Shown piece after piece: positions 36,023 through 49,619 of a stretch of DNA of 64,000 nucleotides. The translations under genes were made by a program, and so were the position numbers. The number at the start of each line of letters is the position of its first letter. Position 1 is the first letter of the stretch. Under the pieces are notes generated by a model. The model was not told the origin of the DNA. It made no database searches and saw only the letters and a program-made list of their open reading frames with translations. This stretch comes from Guillardia theta CCMP2712. Lineage: Eukaryota > Protista > Cryptophyta. The stretch spans positions 168,759-232,758 of the forward strand of contig NW_005434586.1 in assembly GCF_000315625.1 (NCBI RefSeq). Direction: 5' to 3'.

Positions 36023-37115
36023 TCATGTTGTTTTATGCTCTTGATGCTTTGATTCTCTGATGATCTTAACCAGAAAATGGTGTCTGTCCCTGCGATGAAT
36101 GATTACTATGTCTTATAGCATCCTCGACTCCAAAATCCTCGCACCTGCGAATTCCATGCTCGTCGAGTGGCGCATGGCAGGGTCGTGGCCAAACAATTCG
36201 CCTGAACCAATGCATGTTTTGCTTTTGCTCCTCCCACTTCCTGTCAAAGGGATCAGAGCTCAGAGAGAAGCAAACGACCTCTCATTAATGCAATACTTGT
36301 CAATCATTTCAATGATCTTCCGTTGCCTGGAGTCCTCTGCAATGCTTCTCGGCGTTCTGCCATCCCATGTCGTCTCATGGATGTTCGCTCCATGCTGAAG
36401 ACAAGAGAGTCATACCATACCAACACGCCCATCGGACTCATCTACCTGGATGAGAATCTCTGCGATCTTAACATGCTCCTGCTTCACCCCATGCGCAGCC
36501 CAATGCAATGCTGTCCACTGGTTCCAGTCTGTATGCCTCGTAAGAGGCAAGGACTGGCAGAAAGGAGCCCTCGTTACCTTGCGCATTCACATCGACTTGA
36601 TGATTCATCAGCAGTTTCACCGCATCGACCTTTCCAAACGCCGAAGCGTAAATGAGCGGGGTAAAGTTGACCATTGGCAGGGAATCCCTCTTGTTCACAT
36701 CTGCTCCCTGGCCGATCATCTCCATCATTTTACCCGTCCTTCCCTTGCGGCATGCCCAATATAGTTTATCTTGTATCCTCTTCCTCCGCTTCTCTTGGTC
36801 CACCCACAAGTCTGACTGGGGAACAGAAAAGTTCATCATCCCTCCAATAGCTTTCTTCCCGAGGTTGAAGAGTATCGGAATGGGCCCAGCTAGCAAGGAT
36901 TCATCGTTAGATTGCTTCCTCCCATCATCCCCGGACTTGACGTTCTCAGCATCAGCTACTAGCAATCGGCTCTTGCACCCAACAAGGTCAAACCTCGGCC
37001 TGAAGCAATTTACGCTGCTAGATACCCCGTTCGTGAAGCAGACGAGCGAAAACAGCACCAGCTGGGCTAGAAGATGCCGGCAAGGACAGGAGAGGCCGAT
37101 ACTATAAGATTGCAT
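36023..37115 (-). CDS. Ankyrin-repeat protein with N-terminal signal/transit-like extension
   Basis: GADVN...FTPLIYASAFG, NAQ|DWNQWTALHWAA, HGANIH...GRTP. Hydrophobic N-terminus LLAQLVLFSLVCF. Start may be up to 37214. Confidence 0.82.
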
Positions 37116-37301
37116 GAATCCCCGTGATCTTCTCCTCCCTCCTCTCTCTCCCCCCCCTGTACCCATGTTCACCACCTGTGGTCGCATCGCCGTCCCCGCC
37201 ATAGTCTCCCGCATACCCCCTCTGACCCCTCACCAACCGTTACAATTTCCGTTTTCCCCGTTACATCCACTCGTGTTCTTCGCTCGCTCGACAACGGTCA
37301 G

Positions 37302-38256
37302 ATGGCGCGAGACGACGGGCAGCCATGGCCTGCGAGGAGGAGGACGCTAGAGGGATAGGGAGGTAGAGGAGCCGAGGCTTCCAGAAGACGTGGATCAGGT
37401 TGTGGAGAAGAAGTTGCACAAGCACTGGATAAGGAGAAGGACGCGGAGAGCAGGAGACGCTCTGCAGAGCAAACGCGGAACAGCTTCCAATCGGCTAAGC
37501 TGCTCATCATGCCGGGCTGGCTCGTACACATAGAAACAGAGAACGGTGGGCTCACGCCCGATGATATAGAAAAGATTAAGTCAGGTGGGTTTGTCACAAT
37601 TCATGCCTCTCTTCTGCGTAGTGCTGACTAGGCTGTCGCAGAGGTTGTTCGCTATGGAAAATTTAGGGATGTCAGTTCATCGATGTATGACCGACAAGCA
37701 GATAAGTAGGAGATGATTTATTTTTAGTTTCTCGTTTCTGAATTTTTTTCTGAAGAAGAAAGATGGTGATCGAGTATGAAAACCGAGTTGACGCCGAAGA
37801 TGCCCTCTGTAACCATGAAAATGCAGCACTTATGAGAAGAGGATTGACTTTGATTCAGGTGGAATGCATGCGACAGAAATCGCAGACGGAGTATTCTTGA
37901 AAGTGCTCATAGATGCCCAGAAAGATCCGGATCCCAACGACACCATGAATAGCCATGACAACAATCAACACGGGTTGCCGAGGGACCGCTACGGGTCCAA
38001 GGACAACCATGGCAGGTCAAGGTCTCATTCTCGAGGAAGGAGAGACAAGTACTCGCAGCAATCTCCACGATCTCCTCCGAGGTTCCAAGAGCGTCCAAGG
38101 GACATGAGGGCTCAAGGGTACAGGGACGAGGAGAGGCCCTGGCACAGGGATGATGCGAGGGACAGAGAGAAGGACAGAGAACGAAACCGCGACCGTGATC
38201 GTGAGCGAGACAGGGACAGAGATCGGGACCGGGACCGGGACCGGGACCGGGATCGT

Positions 38257-38308
<52 letters not shown>

Positions 38309-38559
38309 AGGACAGGGACCGAGATAAGGAAAGAGACAACAGAGACAGGGATCGTGATCGTGATAGAGATCGTGATCGTGATAGAGATCGTGATCGTGAT
38401 AGGGATCGAGATCGTGATAGAGATCGTGACCGAGATAGGGATCGCTTCCGGGACAGGGACCGAGACCGATCCTGGGAGGAAAGGGATCGTCATGGCATGC
38501 GAGGGAGAGAGCATCATAGGGATCGCGGATATTCGCACTCTCAGTCACCGAGGATGTGA
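37302..38559 (+). CDS. RRM/UHM-like domain plus long RD-dipeptide repeat (SR-related nuclear RNA-processing factor)
   Basis: Spliced KIKS|EVVRYGKFRDV...MVIEYENRVDAEDAL|CGMH...FLKV, then an RS/SP segment and dozens of RD dipeptides with synonymous codon variation. First exon uncertain. Confidence 0.7.
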
Positions 38560-38720
38560 TCAAGACCCAGGTGTGATGCTGATCCAGCCTGATGCACGCG
38601 GCCATCCTATTCAGAGACTAAGGCACTCCTACCAGCCGAAATTATTAGAGAGCTTGAGAAAAACGAGGTCACAACATACGCTCTCTAATCGTTCATTGAA
38701 AATTTATAGTAACAGAATTT

Positions 38721-39991
38721 TCAATCTTTCTTCTTCGGTTTGAGGGGCATGGTATCAGTGGTTGGATCAATGCCAACTTCGATTGCTCTCTTGATCTCCT
38801 CTTCCTGTGCCTTCTGCAGCGCCCTTTCTCGCTCCTGCTGTTCAATCTCTTCAGATTCCTTCTTTCTCACCTCTGCTTCCTTGACTTGCTCGGCCTTCAT
38901 CCTTTGCCTCAACTGAAGGTTCAAGTCATCAACTGCCAAGGGGGACGCAACCAGTCAAGACGCACCTCTGCATCCTCCATTTGTTGGAACTCTCTCTCTT
39001 TCTCAATCTTCTTCTGAGCAGCCTTCCTTTGTACCTCCTCGTACTTCCTCCGCGCCTGCTCCTCCGCCGCCCTTGATGCCTTCAGGATTCGGTCCCTCTC
39101 CATCAAGGCCTTGCTCTTGGACTGCTCCGTCACTCCAGAACCTTTGTCGGCCTTCATCACAGCAGCAGAAGCAGCTCGCCTTTCCTCCGCGTCCTCCTAA
39201 ATTGCAATGAAGAAGATTCAGTAACAGCACATGATATTCAGAGAAATTACAATCCGATCACTCATCTCTTGGACGCGGATGACTGACTGCGCCCTCCTGA
39301 CAGCATCGGAAGAAGCCAGGAAAGCTTGCTCTTCTGCATCCAATACCATCCTTTCCACCCCGTTCTCCGCTGCTTTCAAGGAGTTTGGCCAGCAAACCTT
39401 CCTCGCTGGTTCGGCGGCAGAGCCCTCAGTCACTTTGCTGTGAAATCCCGGCATGCACTGACCATTGGGGTCAGGAACAAGTGGCGATTGGATTTTGTCC
39501 ATAAGAGGCTTCCGCTTGGCTCGGTCAACTGTCGACTCTGTTTTCTGATTCGAGCTTTTATCTTCCTGGTACGGTTTGACATCCACTTTGATGACCTGCT
39601 GCAGTTTTTCGACCACAGGCTTTACCTCATCAATGTCTGCATGAGCGAACACGGGGAACAAGGTGCAGAACATGAAGAGTAGGGATCGAACAGCGATTTG
39701 AACAGCAAGTCTATCCGATCTCCATGTCAGCTTGTCCAAGCAAGGATTGGATACACAAGAGGTTTTGTGCTTTATAATTTCTGACTCACCCGACGCCACG
39801 ATTGAATTTTTTTTGTGCTTTGGAAAGAAAAATGCAGGAATTTGGATGTTTCTTATCTTATTGTTAGCCTCACTACAAATCAAGTTTGGCAGTCTTGCCA
39901 TCGGAGTAAAACCCAACGTAGTGCCAAGATTTGCCAGGAACAAACAACATACCAGACTGTGAAGGAGCAACCTTCCAGGCATCATCGCCAT
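38721..39991 (-). CDS. Putative thylakoid-lumen coiled-coil protein (tripartite presequence)
   Basis: Signal peptide ...TTLG-FTP, transit region, then a second hydrophobic stretch ending AHA-DIDE. E/K/R/A-rich coiled-coil C-terminus over 3 exons. Confidence 0.7.
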
Positions 39992-40433
39992 GTTCGTTTT
40001 TACCTCCTCGCCAGATCACATGAATCACAAACGCTCGTGCTCGCCCTCGATACCTTGCTCCCCCTCCCCCCTCCCAGGGCTCTCGCTCTCTCCGACATCT
40101 CTCCTTATGAGGCTTGTTTTAAATGTTTTTAAAATTAAAATCAACTATGAGAGAGAAGATCATATATACATTTTATACAGAAACAGGTTCTACCGCACTA
40201 TCAATAATACAACTATATTTAGTTCAAAATCTCCTCAGTTTTAAATGTTATTTAGGTTCTTAAAATATTTTTCTGGCATTGAGTTTTAAATCGGACACCT
40301 GTCAGTCCAATCTAAACCACAGGATCTACCCCTCCTCTTCAAACCCCCACCCCCTATTGCATCATCTTCTCCGAGAACATATCGAGGGTATTTTGAGTAC
40401 CCTACCCCGAGTTTCCAGACCAGGAGCGCCGCA

Positions 40434-41837
40434 ATGGCTAAGGGAGAGTGCCAAACGACGAACCGTGGGGACTATGCCTCGGATGACGAGGATGAGAAGC
40501 CAGTCCAGGCTCTTGATGAGGAAGATATTGAGCTGCTCAAGACGTATGGACTTGGTCCCTACACGAAGTCTATCAAGGAGTTGGAGGAAGACATCAGCAA
40601 GATGAACAAGCGAGTTAACGACATTCGAGGTGTGAAAGAGTCCGACACTGGCCTCGCTCCTCCGAGCATGTGGGACGTTGTTGCGGATAAGGAGATGATG
40701 CAGCAGGAGCAGCCGCTACAAGTTGCGCGATGCACGAAGATCCTGAATGCAGGGCAGGACGATGCGAAATATATGATCAACGTGAAGCAGATTGCGAAGT
40801 TTGTTGTCGGCTTGGGTGATCGAGTTGCAGCGACTGATATTGAGGAAGGCATGCGAGTTGGAGTAGATCGCACCAAATATCAGATTCAGATCCCTCTCCC
40901 ACCTAAAATTGATCCAACTGTCACCATGATGCAAGTTGAGGATAAGCCCGACGTGACATACAATGATGTGGGAGGATGCAAAGAGTCTCTGGAAAAGCTG
41001 CGTGAGGTTGTCGAGCTTCCTCTCCTGCATCCCGAGAAGTTTGTCGCTCTCGGTATTGATCCTCCAAAGGGTATCCTGCTTTATGGTCCTCCTGGAACGG
41101 GCAAAACCCTTTCAGCACGCGCAGTTGCGAACCGTACGGATGCCTGTTTCATTCGAGTGATTGGCAGTGAGCTCGTGCAAAAGTATGTTGGTGAAGGTGC
41201 GAGAATGGTCAGAGAGCTTTTCCAGCTTGCTCGTTCGAAGAAGGCCTGCATTGTGTTTTTTGATGAGGTTGACGCGATAGGTTCGTTGTTGCCCTGGTTT
41301 CTTTTGTGCATGCTGAATCGTTCCCTCAGGTGGTGCCCGTTTCGACGATGGAGCTGGTGGCGACAATGAGGTTCAGAGGACTATGCTTGAAATCGTGAAT
41401 CAGCTGGATGGTTTCGATGCAAGGGGTAACGTCAAGGTCTTGATGGCTACGAACAGACCCGATACTTTGGATCCTGCATTGCTAAGGCCAGGAAGAATGG
41501 ATCGCCGTGTGGAGTTTGGTGTTCCTGATCTTGAGGGGAGAACAGAAATTTTCAAGATCCATTCAAGCAACATGAACTGCGACCAGAACATTCGTTTCGA
41601 ACTCCTCGCGCGCCTTTGCCCTAACTGCACTGGAGCAGACTTGCGATCGGTTTGTACTGAGGCAGGAATGTTCGCCATCAGGGCCCGTCGAAAGCAGATT
41701 TCCGAGAAGGACATGCTTGATGCCATCAACAAGGTTATCAAGGGATATGCCAAGTTTTCTGCAACTCCCAAGGTGAGAATCGCATGCCTTGCTTGTGTAA
41801 ACTACTCACTTCCTTGCAGTACATGGTTTACAACTAA
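40434..41837 (+). CDS. RPT1: 26S proteasome AAA-ATPase subunit RPT1 (PSMC2)
   Basis: [40 protein letters not shown]|GG, KFSATPK|YMVYN*. Two GT-AG introns. Confidence 0.98.
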
Positions 41838-42100
41838 ACATTTGGACTTCTGTCAATCGAACGCAACTGGTCCTGATTTGACACTTTGCCAAGTTGCTGG
41901 GTGGTGTTGCTCTCACGTGGGTTTTCTTGGTTGTAGTTACTGATCACCGGAAATATTCATTGAATTCATGGAATTGAAGATGATTGGCATGCATTGGTGA
42001 TGACGATGAAATTATTTTGGAAGAATGTTTCATTGTTTGGGAAAGAGATACGTGAAATAATATCCAGTCTGTACCTTGCCAGAAGCCAGACATGGAGCAC

Positions 42101-43434
42101 TTAGCCGTTGTATATCTTTCTCTCACTAGGAGGCAGCCTCTCAACTCTAACAGCAGCAGCATAAGCTCCGTGCTTAGTGTACAGCCACTCGTGCAAAGAT
42201 TCCATCGTCTTGAGAGTTTGCGCGTTCTGCAAGTCTTGTATCACGACAGCTGAAGAGTCAAGACATCACTGACCTGCTTCACGCCCTCCAATGACTTCGC
42301 CTCCCTCTTCCCCCTCTCCTCTGCGATCTCGATGCCTTCGTCTGAAATCCCAACAAATCGCAGTCTGTACTGCCAGCATTGCGCCTCTCCGCACCATCGA
42401 CCAGGAGCAGAGCCTTCGATCGCACCGGAGCTGGAAGCGAAATGAATGACCTCAGGAGCTCAGGGTGGAGGTAGGGAAGAGTCGGGAGGAGGAGGGAGGG
42501 GGAATGTTTGAAGAAGCACCGAACCTTTGAGCAGGAGGCAGCGCAAAAACCCACTCAAAGATGGCCTTGGTGCGGTTCAAGTGGAAGTCGGAGGTGACAA
42601 CCAGTAGCCTGTCGTTTGCAGTCACAGCCTTCGACCCGCTCCTCGCGTCATAGCTTCTCACCTTCTCCATCCTCGGATATCTGAGTGCATCACGCGGGTG
42701 AACCAAGCATTCCCGATGGTGTCCCATGCCTGTGCCTCCTGCACGATGTGCTTCGCGTCCACCCCAGCCCTTGCAAGCATGTGACTGTGCAGCTATCTCC
42801 TTCTCCTCCTGCCCAACCTGATCAGGTACTGGGCGGAAGCAGAAGCTTCAGTGACGGGAAAGCCCTCGGAGTCAATGACACTTGGCGTGTGAGCAGTGCC
42901 AGCACTTGTAGTAACGATCCTGAGCTTCTGACTTGTGTGCAAACATGAGTGCGATGCTTGCCAGTGAAACATCCTACTTCTTGCCCTTGCAGCACTTGTA
43001 GAGCTCGGCAACAGCGTCGCATCGTCTCTTCGTCCATTCCGGCAAGGAACCGTCTTTACTCTGAGGTCCTCCACCGAGAACCACCACAGCATCGTACCAT
43101 TCGCAATCTGCATTCACAACCAAGTCACCTTGACACGTCTCCTTTCGATGCCCCTACCTGTCGTACAGAACTGAGTCTCCTGGGTGATGGACTTGATCCC
43201 TCTTTTCACGCTCTCTGTGATACTCTCAGTCAACGCGTGACTCTTGTCCTGAGCCATGGCAGGCGTGAGTATCTACGAGGTGAAGTGCTAGTGCATGACC
43301 TCACTACTGAAGTGTCGAGGGTTCAAGGCATAAACCATGCAGCAAGTCAGGCAGATGAGCAGGACGAGGAGGTGCAGCCATGAAGTTCGTCTGGATGCCT
43401 CGAACAGCCTCCTCCTGCCCGCCACTCCCACCAT
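42101..43434 (-). CDS. DUF218 (YdcF/ElyC-like) domain protein with N-terminal TM/signal anchor
   Basis: Spliced DAVVVLGGG, EASASAQYL, QEAQAWDTIGNAWF, LLVVTSDFHLNRTKAIF. Confidence 0.85.
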
Positions 43435-43541
43435 CTTCGCGCCTACCTCCCCACTCGTTCCCTGCCCGGCATGCTGGCCGGGTGCTGGCTGCAAAAATCA
43501 ACTACTAGCTGGTTTGCCTGGCGCCGCCTGGTCATTAGAGG

Positions 43542-45112
43542 ATGGCGATGGCGGTATCGGTCGCAATGGTGGTGCTCGAGCTCATGGCGACGCCAGCGGG
43601 AGCCTTCGTTCGTGCAGGAGGGCTCCTCCGTTCCTCCCTCTGTTACGGGCAGACAACCTCACATGCTCGCCATCTCTCCAGCTTCGCAAGCTGCCTGGGT
43701 GCGCGGAACCCGTTCGCTCCTCCACCCCTGTACAGGCCCAGGGCCCGCCATGGCGGCGCAGGAGCTCGGGGAATGCGAGCAGAGGCGGATTACTATGGCA
43801 GGCTCGGAGTGAACAGAAACGCCAACGAGGCCGAGATCAAGAAAGCTTTCCGCCAAAAGGCAAGGCAGCTTCACCCCGACGTGAACAAGAGCCCCAACGC
43901 CCAGGAGCAGTTCCAGCAGGTGTCGGAGGCTTACGAGGTCCTCTCAGACCCTCAGAAGAGAAGCCTGTACGATCAGTTCGGAGAGGCGGCTGTCAAAGGC
44001 TCGGGTGCAGGTGGCCCAGGCTTCTCTGACTTTGGCGACTTCAGCCCCTTTGGAGACATCTTCGACACTTTCTTCGGAGGAGGAGGAGGAGGAGGGAGGT
44101 CAAGGAGGAGGGATGGACCGCAGCAGGGGGACGATCTCCGTCTCGACCTTGAGATCGACTTCATGAAAGCCATCTTCGGAGGAGACGAGAAGATCACCAT
44201 CTCTCATCTGGAGTCATGTGGAACATGCGAGGTCGAGGAGAGGAGATCCAGGTCCCGGCTGACGCTCAGTGGCAGGGCTCGGGGATGAAGCCTGGCACCA
44301 AGCCAAGAACCTGCGGCACGTGTGGAGGATCGGGAGTGGTGACTCAGGTGATGAGGACGCCCATCGGTATGATCCAGCAGCAAGGCGTCTGCCCGCAGTG
44401 CAAGGGCAACGGTCAGATTGTTGACGAGTACTGCGGGACGTGTAGCGGGAGAGGGAAGTTGCAGAAGTCCAAGCAGCTGATGATCACCATCCCTCCTGGG
44501 GTCGACAATGGTAGCAGGTTGCGGATCAGACAAGAAGGCGACGCTGGGGCCAAGGTGCGGCCCTGTTGCTGCTGGAGCTGCATGCTCGTTGGTCACTGGT
44601 GCTGCTTGGCAGGGCGGACCGCCGGGAGACCTCTATGTCTTCTTGTCGGTGAAGCCGAGCAAGGAGTTCAAGAGGGAAGGGTCAGACATCTTCTCTAACG
44701 TACAGGAGCAGCGGCACCCTCGTTCAGCCGCTGACGCAGCGCCGCAGGTGCAGGTCAGTTACATCGACGCCATCCTTGGAACCGAGGTAAAGGTGGCCAC
44801 CCTGGATGGGACCATCGACCTCAAGATCCCTGCTGGATCTCAGCCCGAGACGGTGCTGGGCGCTGTCGGGAGGTCCTGTGGGGTTGACGAGTCGGCATGC
44901 AGGTCATGAAGGTGGAAAACAAGGGAGTCCCGATTCTGGGCAAGAAGAATGCCCGCGGGAATCAGTTCGTGACAGTCAAGGCAAGTCGTTAGGCAAGGGG
45001 AGACTGCCGCTGCGTCCTGACGCTCTGCCGATAGGTTGCGATCCCAACGAGCATCACGCGAGAGGAGAAGGAGATCCTCGCCCAACTCAAGTCCAAGTCA
45101 AACAAGGTTTGA
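43542..45112 (+). CDS. dnaJ: Plastid-targeted type-I DnaJ (cyanobacterial-like)
   Basis: Presequence ...[10 protein letters not shown]-domain HPD, G/F region DIFDTFFGG, four CxxCxGxG repeats and C-terminal domains. Last intron is GC-AG. Confidence 0.95.
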
Positions 45113-45205
45113 CCCGCGGCCACCGTGGTTCGGACATGTTTCTCTCCATGACACTCCTTGCAGTGAGGCTGGTAACTCTCGTTCCCTGCCTCGAGTAGAA
45201 TCGTA

Positions 45206-46270
45206 TCATGAAGCTCTGCTGAGAGTAAAGCTCGCGAGCACTGCAGGAGGGACTACAAGAAGAAAGTTCCGCAGCACATCCTTGCGATGCCTCTCTGCAC
45301 ATGACGTCAAGACTGACCGATCGACCTTCTCGTCCCTTACCTGCCTGTCGGTGGTTTCTGTCGACCCGCTCATGTCGTCACTGGAAGTCTCTCGCGAGAC
45401 TTTCTTCTGCACAAGCTGCCTCAGCATGTCCGCAGTAGGCAGCTCCTCGGTCCTGTTCGCTCCCTCCAACTTTCTTGCCAGGACTTTGAGCTTCTCTATC
45501 CGCTTGTGCACCTCTTCCTGGCTGTACCGCTCCGTCAGAGCCTCTGCTGGACATGACTGGAATCAAGTCGGTCAGCAGCAGCCAACCGAGGCGATGCTGT
45601 CGTCTACCTCCTCGATCTGCTTCCTTATAGCGTTGTTGCTCTTCTGTACCCTCTCCCTGTGCTCCCAACGTCAATCCATCAGACAGCCCACCTGCCTCAC
45701 CTCAATGCTTGCAAGCGTCGTTGGACCTCCTCAGCTCGCTGAGATCGCGTCCTTGGCGTCAAGTTGCTGGGTTCCGACAGTCTCAACTCGGTCTGGTCCA
45801 AGGGATCTGCTTGCCTGCCAGCGCCATCACTTCTCGCACAAGTCGATCCTCCTCCTCCACCAGTTGACCCAGCCGCACTTGCCTTGCTGCTGCTTCGTAG
45901 GAGCTCGTGAAGGTAACTCCTGACTTGGCTAGTTGCGCGCGCATTTCCGCCTCCTGAAATGGCTACAAAGAATGGTGAGCATGCAGGTGCCTGTAGAGTC
46001 GTCATCCGAACCTGCAGCCATGACGGGCTTCGTGATGGATCTTGTTTCTCGCCCTCGTGTGCATTCATGCCAAGTTGCAGCGGAGGCAAGCGAGCAAGTC
46101 GGGGGTAGCGCAGGGAAGAGGCAGGAGGGAGGAGGGAGGAGGGAAATCGCAAGGGGTGGAGCAAGGGGGAGGACGAGCAACGAATGACGGCAGGCTGACA
46201 AGCGTTTGTACAGGCGGCGAGGAGCAAGAGGTGACTGAGAGGGGGAGGATGAAGCCTGCGAGAGACAAGA
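45206..46270 (-). CDS. Hypothetical coiled-coil protein with signal/transit-like N-terminus (multi-exon)
   Basis: LLLLAACTNA plus an S/P/R-rich stretch. Exons ...EEVQRRLQALR|ERVQKSNNAIRKQIEEV...HKRIEKLKVLARKLE. Confidence 0.5.
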
Positions 46271-46596
46271 CCAAGGAACGAGAGAGGAAGGGAGAGAGAC
46301 TAGTGAGTGAGGAGTGGCTGCCAGAGTGGCTTCAGCCAAGGGGAGGGGCTTTGATGTTTTTTTTCCTGCTTTTGACGTCGCCCAAGAGTGTGTGTAACGG
46401 ACCTGCCGGGCGGCCAGTCTGGCAGCCCGGCACCACCGGGGCCCGGCCCTGACAGTGCGGGGCACTGGCGCGACGCTGCGGCGGCCGAGCTCAACTTGCC
46501 AGGGGAGCCTCGGAGATCCGAAGTTGATTTGGCACCGGGCCGCAGCACCGGAAGCATCTCAGTCGTCTTCCTCTAGAGGTTTATTCTACATTCCCG

Positions 46597-47490
46597 CTAG
46601 GCTACTGGGATAATTCTGATCCCTTGTGGGTCCACTGGCGCCCTCGCTCGCACGTTCGCAGCATATCGAGTGTAATCGTCGACGAAGTACCTGCTGGCAG
46701 GAGAGGCCCCGGACTCGCTCTCCTCGCTGTCATCCGGCCCTCTGTTAATGAGCTCGTCAAGCTCCCGGATCCTTCCAAGCATGGCGTCGCGTTCCTCCAC
46801 GTTGTTCACCCTCGAGGCGTCAACGGCAAGTTCACCAATGAGCCGGTTGACCTCCATGTCGTACTTCTGCTTCACAGCAGCCACATCCCCGCGTCCTCCA
46901 GCGCGTTTCGCGTCTACGAGCAAGTCGTCGAGGTCCTTGAGCCTCCTCCCTCGCTCCTCACTCTGCGACACATACCGCTCGATCCCCTTCTGACGTGCCT
47001 GCTGGTCAGCCTCGTAGTACCGTTGCGCCCGATCATGCAGCCTCTTCTGCCTGGCCTTGGCTCGATCAAGCGCTGAGTCAAGCCGCTGACGGTGGAGCTC
47101 GTTCGACTTCTGCGCGACCTCGATGGCAGCCGAGTCCCTTTCCCTTGTGAGCGAACCGAGAATATCCCACTTCCTCTTCTCCAACAGGTTTCGCTCCTTC
47201 TGCAGCCTCTCGAGCTTCATCTTGATCCTGTCGCCATGCATGTCCGACGGGCCGGCATCCCCGGATTCTCCGCCTCCGAAAGCTTCCGGGCTGCCTTGCG
47301 GCCCTGACCCAGCCCTGAATTCTTCAAGTGGAGCGAAAATCCTGTGATCGTCCTGGTAGCCGAACAAGGAAACTTCTCCGCTGCGCGTGAATTGGGCTCT
47401 CAGACTCACGGCGAGGAAGCACGTGCACAGGCAGAGCCCCCACAGTGACACGCCCCGAGCATCCCGCAGGGCCTTGGCAGTGGAAGGCAT
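46597..47490 (-). CDS. Hypothetical single-exon coiled-coil protein with N-terminal hydrophobic segment
   Basis: 297-aa ORF with LWGLCLCTCFLAVSL and a charged helical body. Confidence 0.7.
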   Translation of the reverse strand: MPSTAKALRDARGVSLWGLCLCTCFLAVSLRAQFTRSGEVSLFGYQDDHRIFAPLEEFRAGSGPQGSPEAFGGGESGDAGPSDMHGDRIKMKLERLQKERNLLEKRKWDILGSLTRERDSAAIEVAQKSNELHRQRLDSALDRAKARQKRLHDRAQRYYEADQQARQKGIERYVSQSEERGRRLKDLDDLLVDAKRAGGRGDVAAVKQKYDMEVNRLIGELAVDASRVNNVEERDAMLGRIRELDELINRGPDDSEESESGASPASRYFVDDYTRYAANVRARAPVDPQGIRIIPVA

Positions 47491-47986
47491 CTGACACTTT
47501 ACTACCTGCGGCAGAGTTTCAGAGGCGCAGCAAGGTTGGAGGGGTCATGCATGCTCGATCACGGCGAGGTAGCATCTGGGAAGAAGAGCAGACTATTCCT
47601 TCTTCGAGCATGCAACATCGATACACTGTGTCTGCTTCTGTGCAATCCTCGAAACAGACCTATTCCGACATGGTTTTCACGGGAAAATTTCACTAAGATC
47701 ATCGTATCCTATCTGATCTTCTTTGTCAACTATCCTATGTAGCCCATCCTGAGCATCATCGGTAGCCGCATGCCCTGTAGCACTGCTGCGGATATAGCGA
47801 AGTGCATGCAGCTCTGCATGCAGACAGCGTGCTGGGCTGCATGCAGGTGGGCTGCATGGTGAACAGCATGCAATGAACCGCATGGCGAAGGGGCAGGTGC
47901 ATGAGGGTGATGAAATTGGTCAGTGAGGAGATGAGGGTTTCGGCATAATAGGGACAGGGGGATGAGGGGGGTTTGTTCCCGTCGGA

Positions 47987-49588
47987 ATGGGCGCGGAGCA
48001 GTCGAGGGATGGGGAGGGAGAGGAAGGGAATGCGGGAGAGAAGAAGAACGAGGATGGTGGGGGAGAGGGGAAAGACGTCTTCAGGCAGCTCCTATCGGCT
48101 CCCCTCGTGCACGGAGGGGCTCTGCAACTCTTCAATCAGAACAGGTCTGCGATCGCCATCACCAAGGATTGCTACCAAGGAGACTTGAAGGCGGTAGAGA
48201 GGCACTTTGAGGGGAATGTGAACGAAGTGGATGCCGACGACAACTCTCCTGTGCATTGGGCTGCCCTTAAGGGCCACGCTGATGTCCTAGAATACCTCAT
48301 ACAGAGAGGATTTCCTATAGCTTCCAAGAACAAGGACGGCGACACGCCGCTGTACGTCCTCGACTCCCTCAGTGCAGTAGAGACAAGTCTCCTGATGATT
48401 CCTCAGGCACTGGGCTGCATCTGGCGGAAATGAGAAAGTCATTCAGCTCCTCCTCAACTACAACGCAGACCCCTGGGTGGTGAACAAGGACGGGACTACG
48501 CCTCTACACCTCGCGGCTGCCGACGGCAATCACGATGCGGTGAGGGTTCTAGCGAAGTCTGCGGGTCCTGTGCTAGACTCCGCGATCAAGATTGGAAAGA
48601 AAAAGAAGATGCCGAAGGTGCTCATTCCTCCTCGTCCTCGTCCCCTTTCTCCTCGTCCCCCCCCCCCTCCCCCTCCTCTCTCTCTCCTCTCCCCCTCCCC
48701 CTCTCTCCTCGCTCTCTTCCTCTTTCTTCCAGCCCCCCCCCCTCTCCCTCCTCTTTCTCCCTCTCTTTTCCCTCCTCCCCCTTCTCAAACTCGTTTTTTT
48801 AAGTCATCATCTGACATGTTGTTCCCGCTCATCGCACCAGACCAAGATAAATTCGCAGAATCAGGTCAGGGAATGCAAGTCGTTGGGATGCTGTTTGACG
48901 CTTCTCCAGGATCACGATACTCCGCTACACTGGGCAGCAGCCAGCGGAAACCCGAAAGCAACAAAGATTCTGCTTGACCACCGGGCCTTGTGAACTAAAG
49001 GCTCGAATCTTAGTACGAGGCTAACTTAGCTGCAGCGTTGACGCTGTGAACCTCAAGAAGATCACTCCGCTGCACATCTCGTGCTCTGACAAGAGTTTCG
49101 ATGTGAGTTCTCGGCTATTTCATCGTCGACCCGGTTGAGAGTCAAGGACAGGTGGTTCGGATGCTGGTGGAAGCGAAAGCGAATGGTGGGTGATGTTGTT
49201 CGATCTTGCCTGAGCGCAACGAGCTGTACACGAGAGATCTGATGCAGATGATAGTGAGTTTGACGACGAAGGACTCAGAAGCTCCTATTCATTGGGCGTG
49301 TGCCGGTGCGGGGAGCTGATCTACAGAAAGAGAGACTGACTGTTCAAAAGGAGGTCACAAATCAGTTGCTGCCTACCTGCTGGAGAATGGGGCTTCTCCC
49401 AATGTAGCGAACAAGTTTGCAGAGACGGTTAGAAGCACCTTGTCTTGATACCTCTGAGTGTAATTGCGACAGCCCATGCACTTTGCGGTGCAAAGAGGCG
49501 ATATTGGGCTTGTCGAGATGCTGCATGAACACGGTGAGCAAATCGGGAATGGGATGTTGATGATTCGGGGGATGATGATGATGACGAC

Positions 49589-49619
<31 letters not shown>

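Noticed and set aside
37337-37384. Second possible 48-nt GA-AG intron in the first exon of the RD-repeat gene
   Set aside because: It would join MARDDGQPWPAR to the downstream frame, but GC donors or other starts are equally possible and no conserved motif constrains it.
37864-38559. Assignment as NELF-E
   Set aside because: Domain order (RRM before RD tract) differs, and no NELF-E-specific sequence was recognised.
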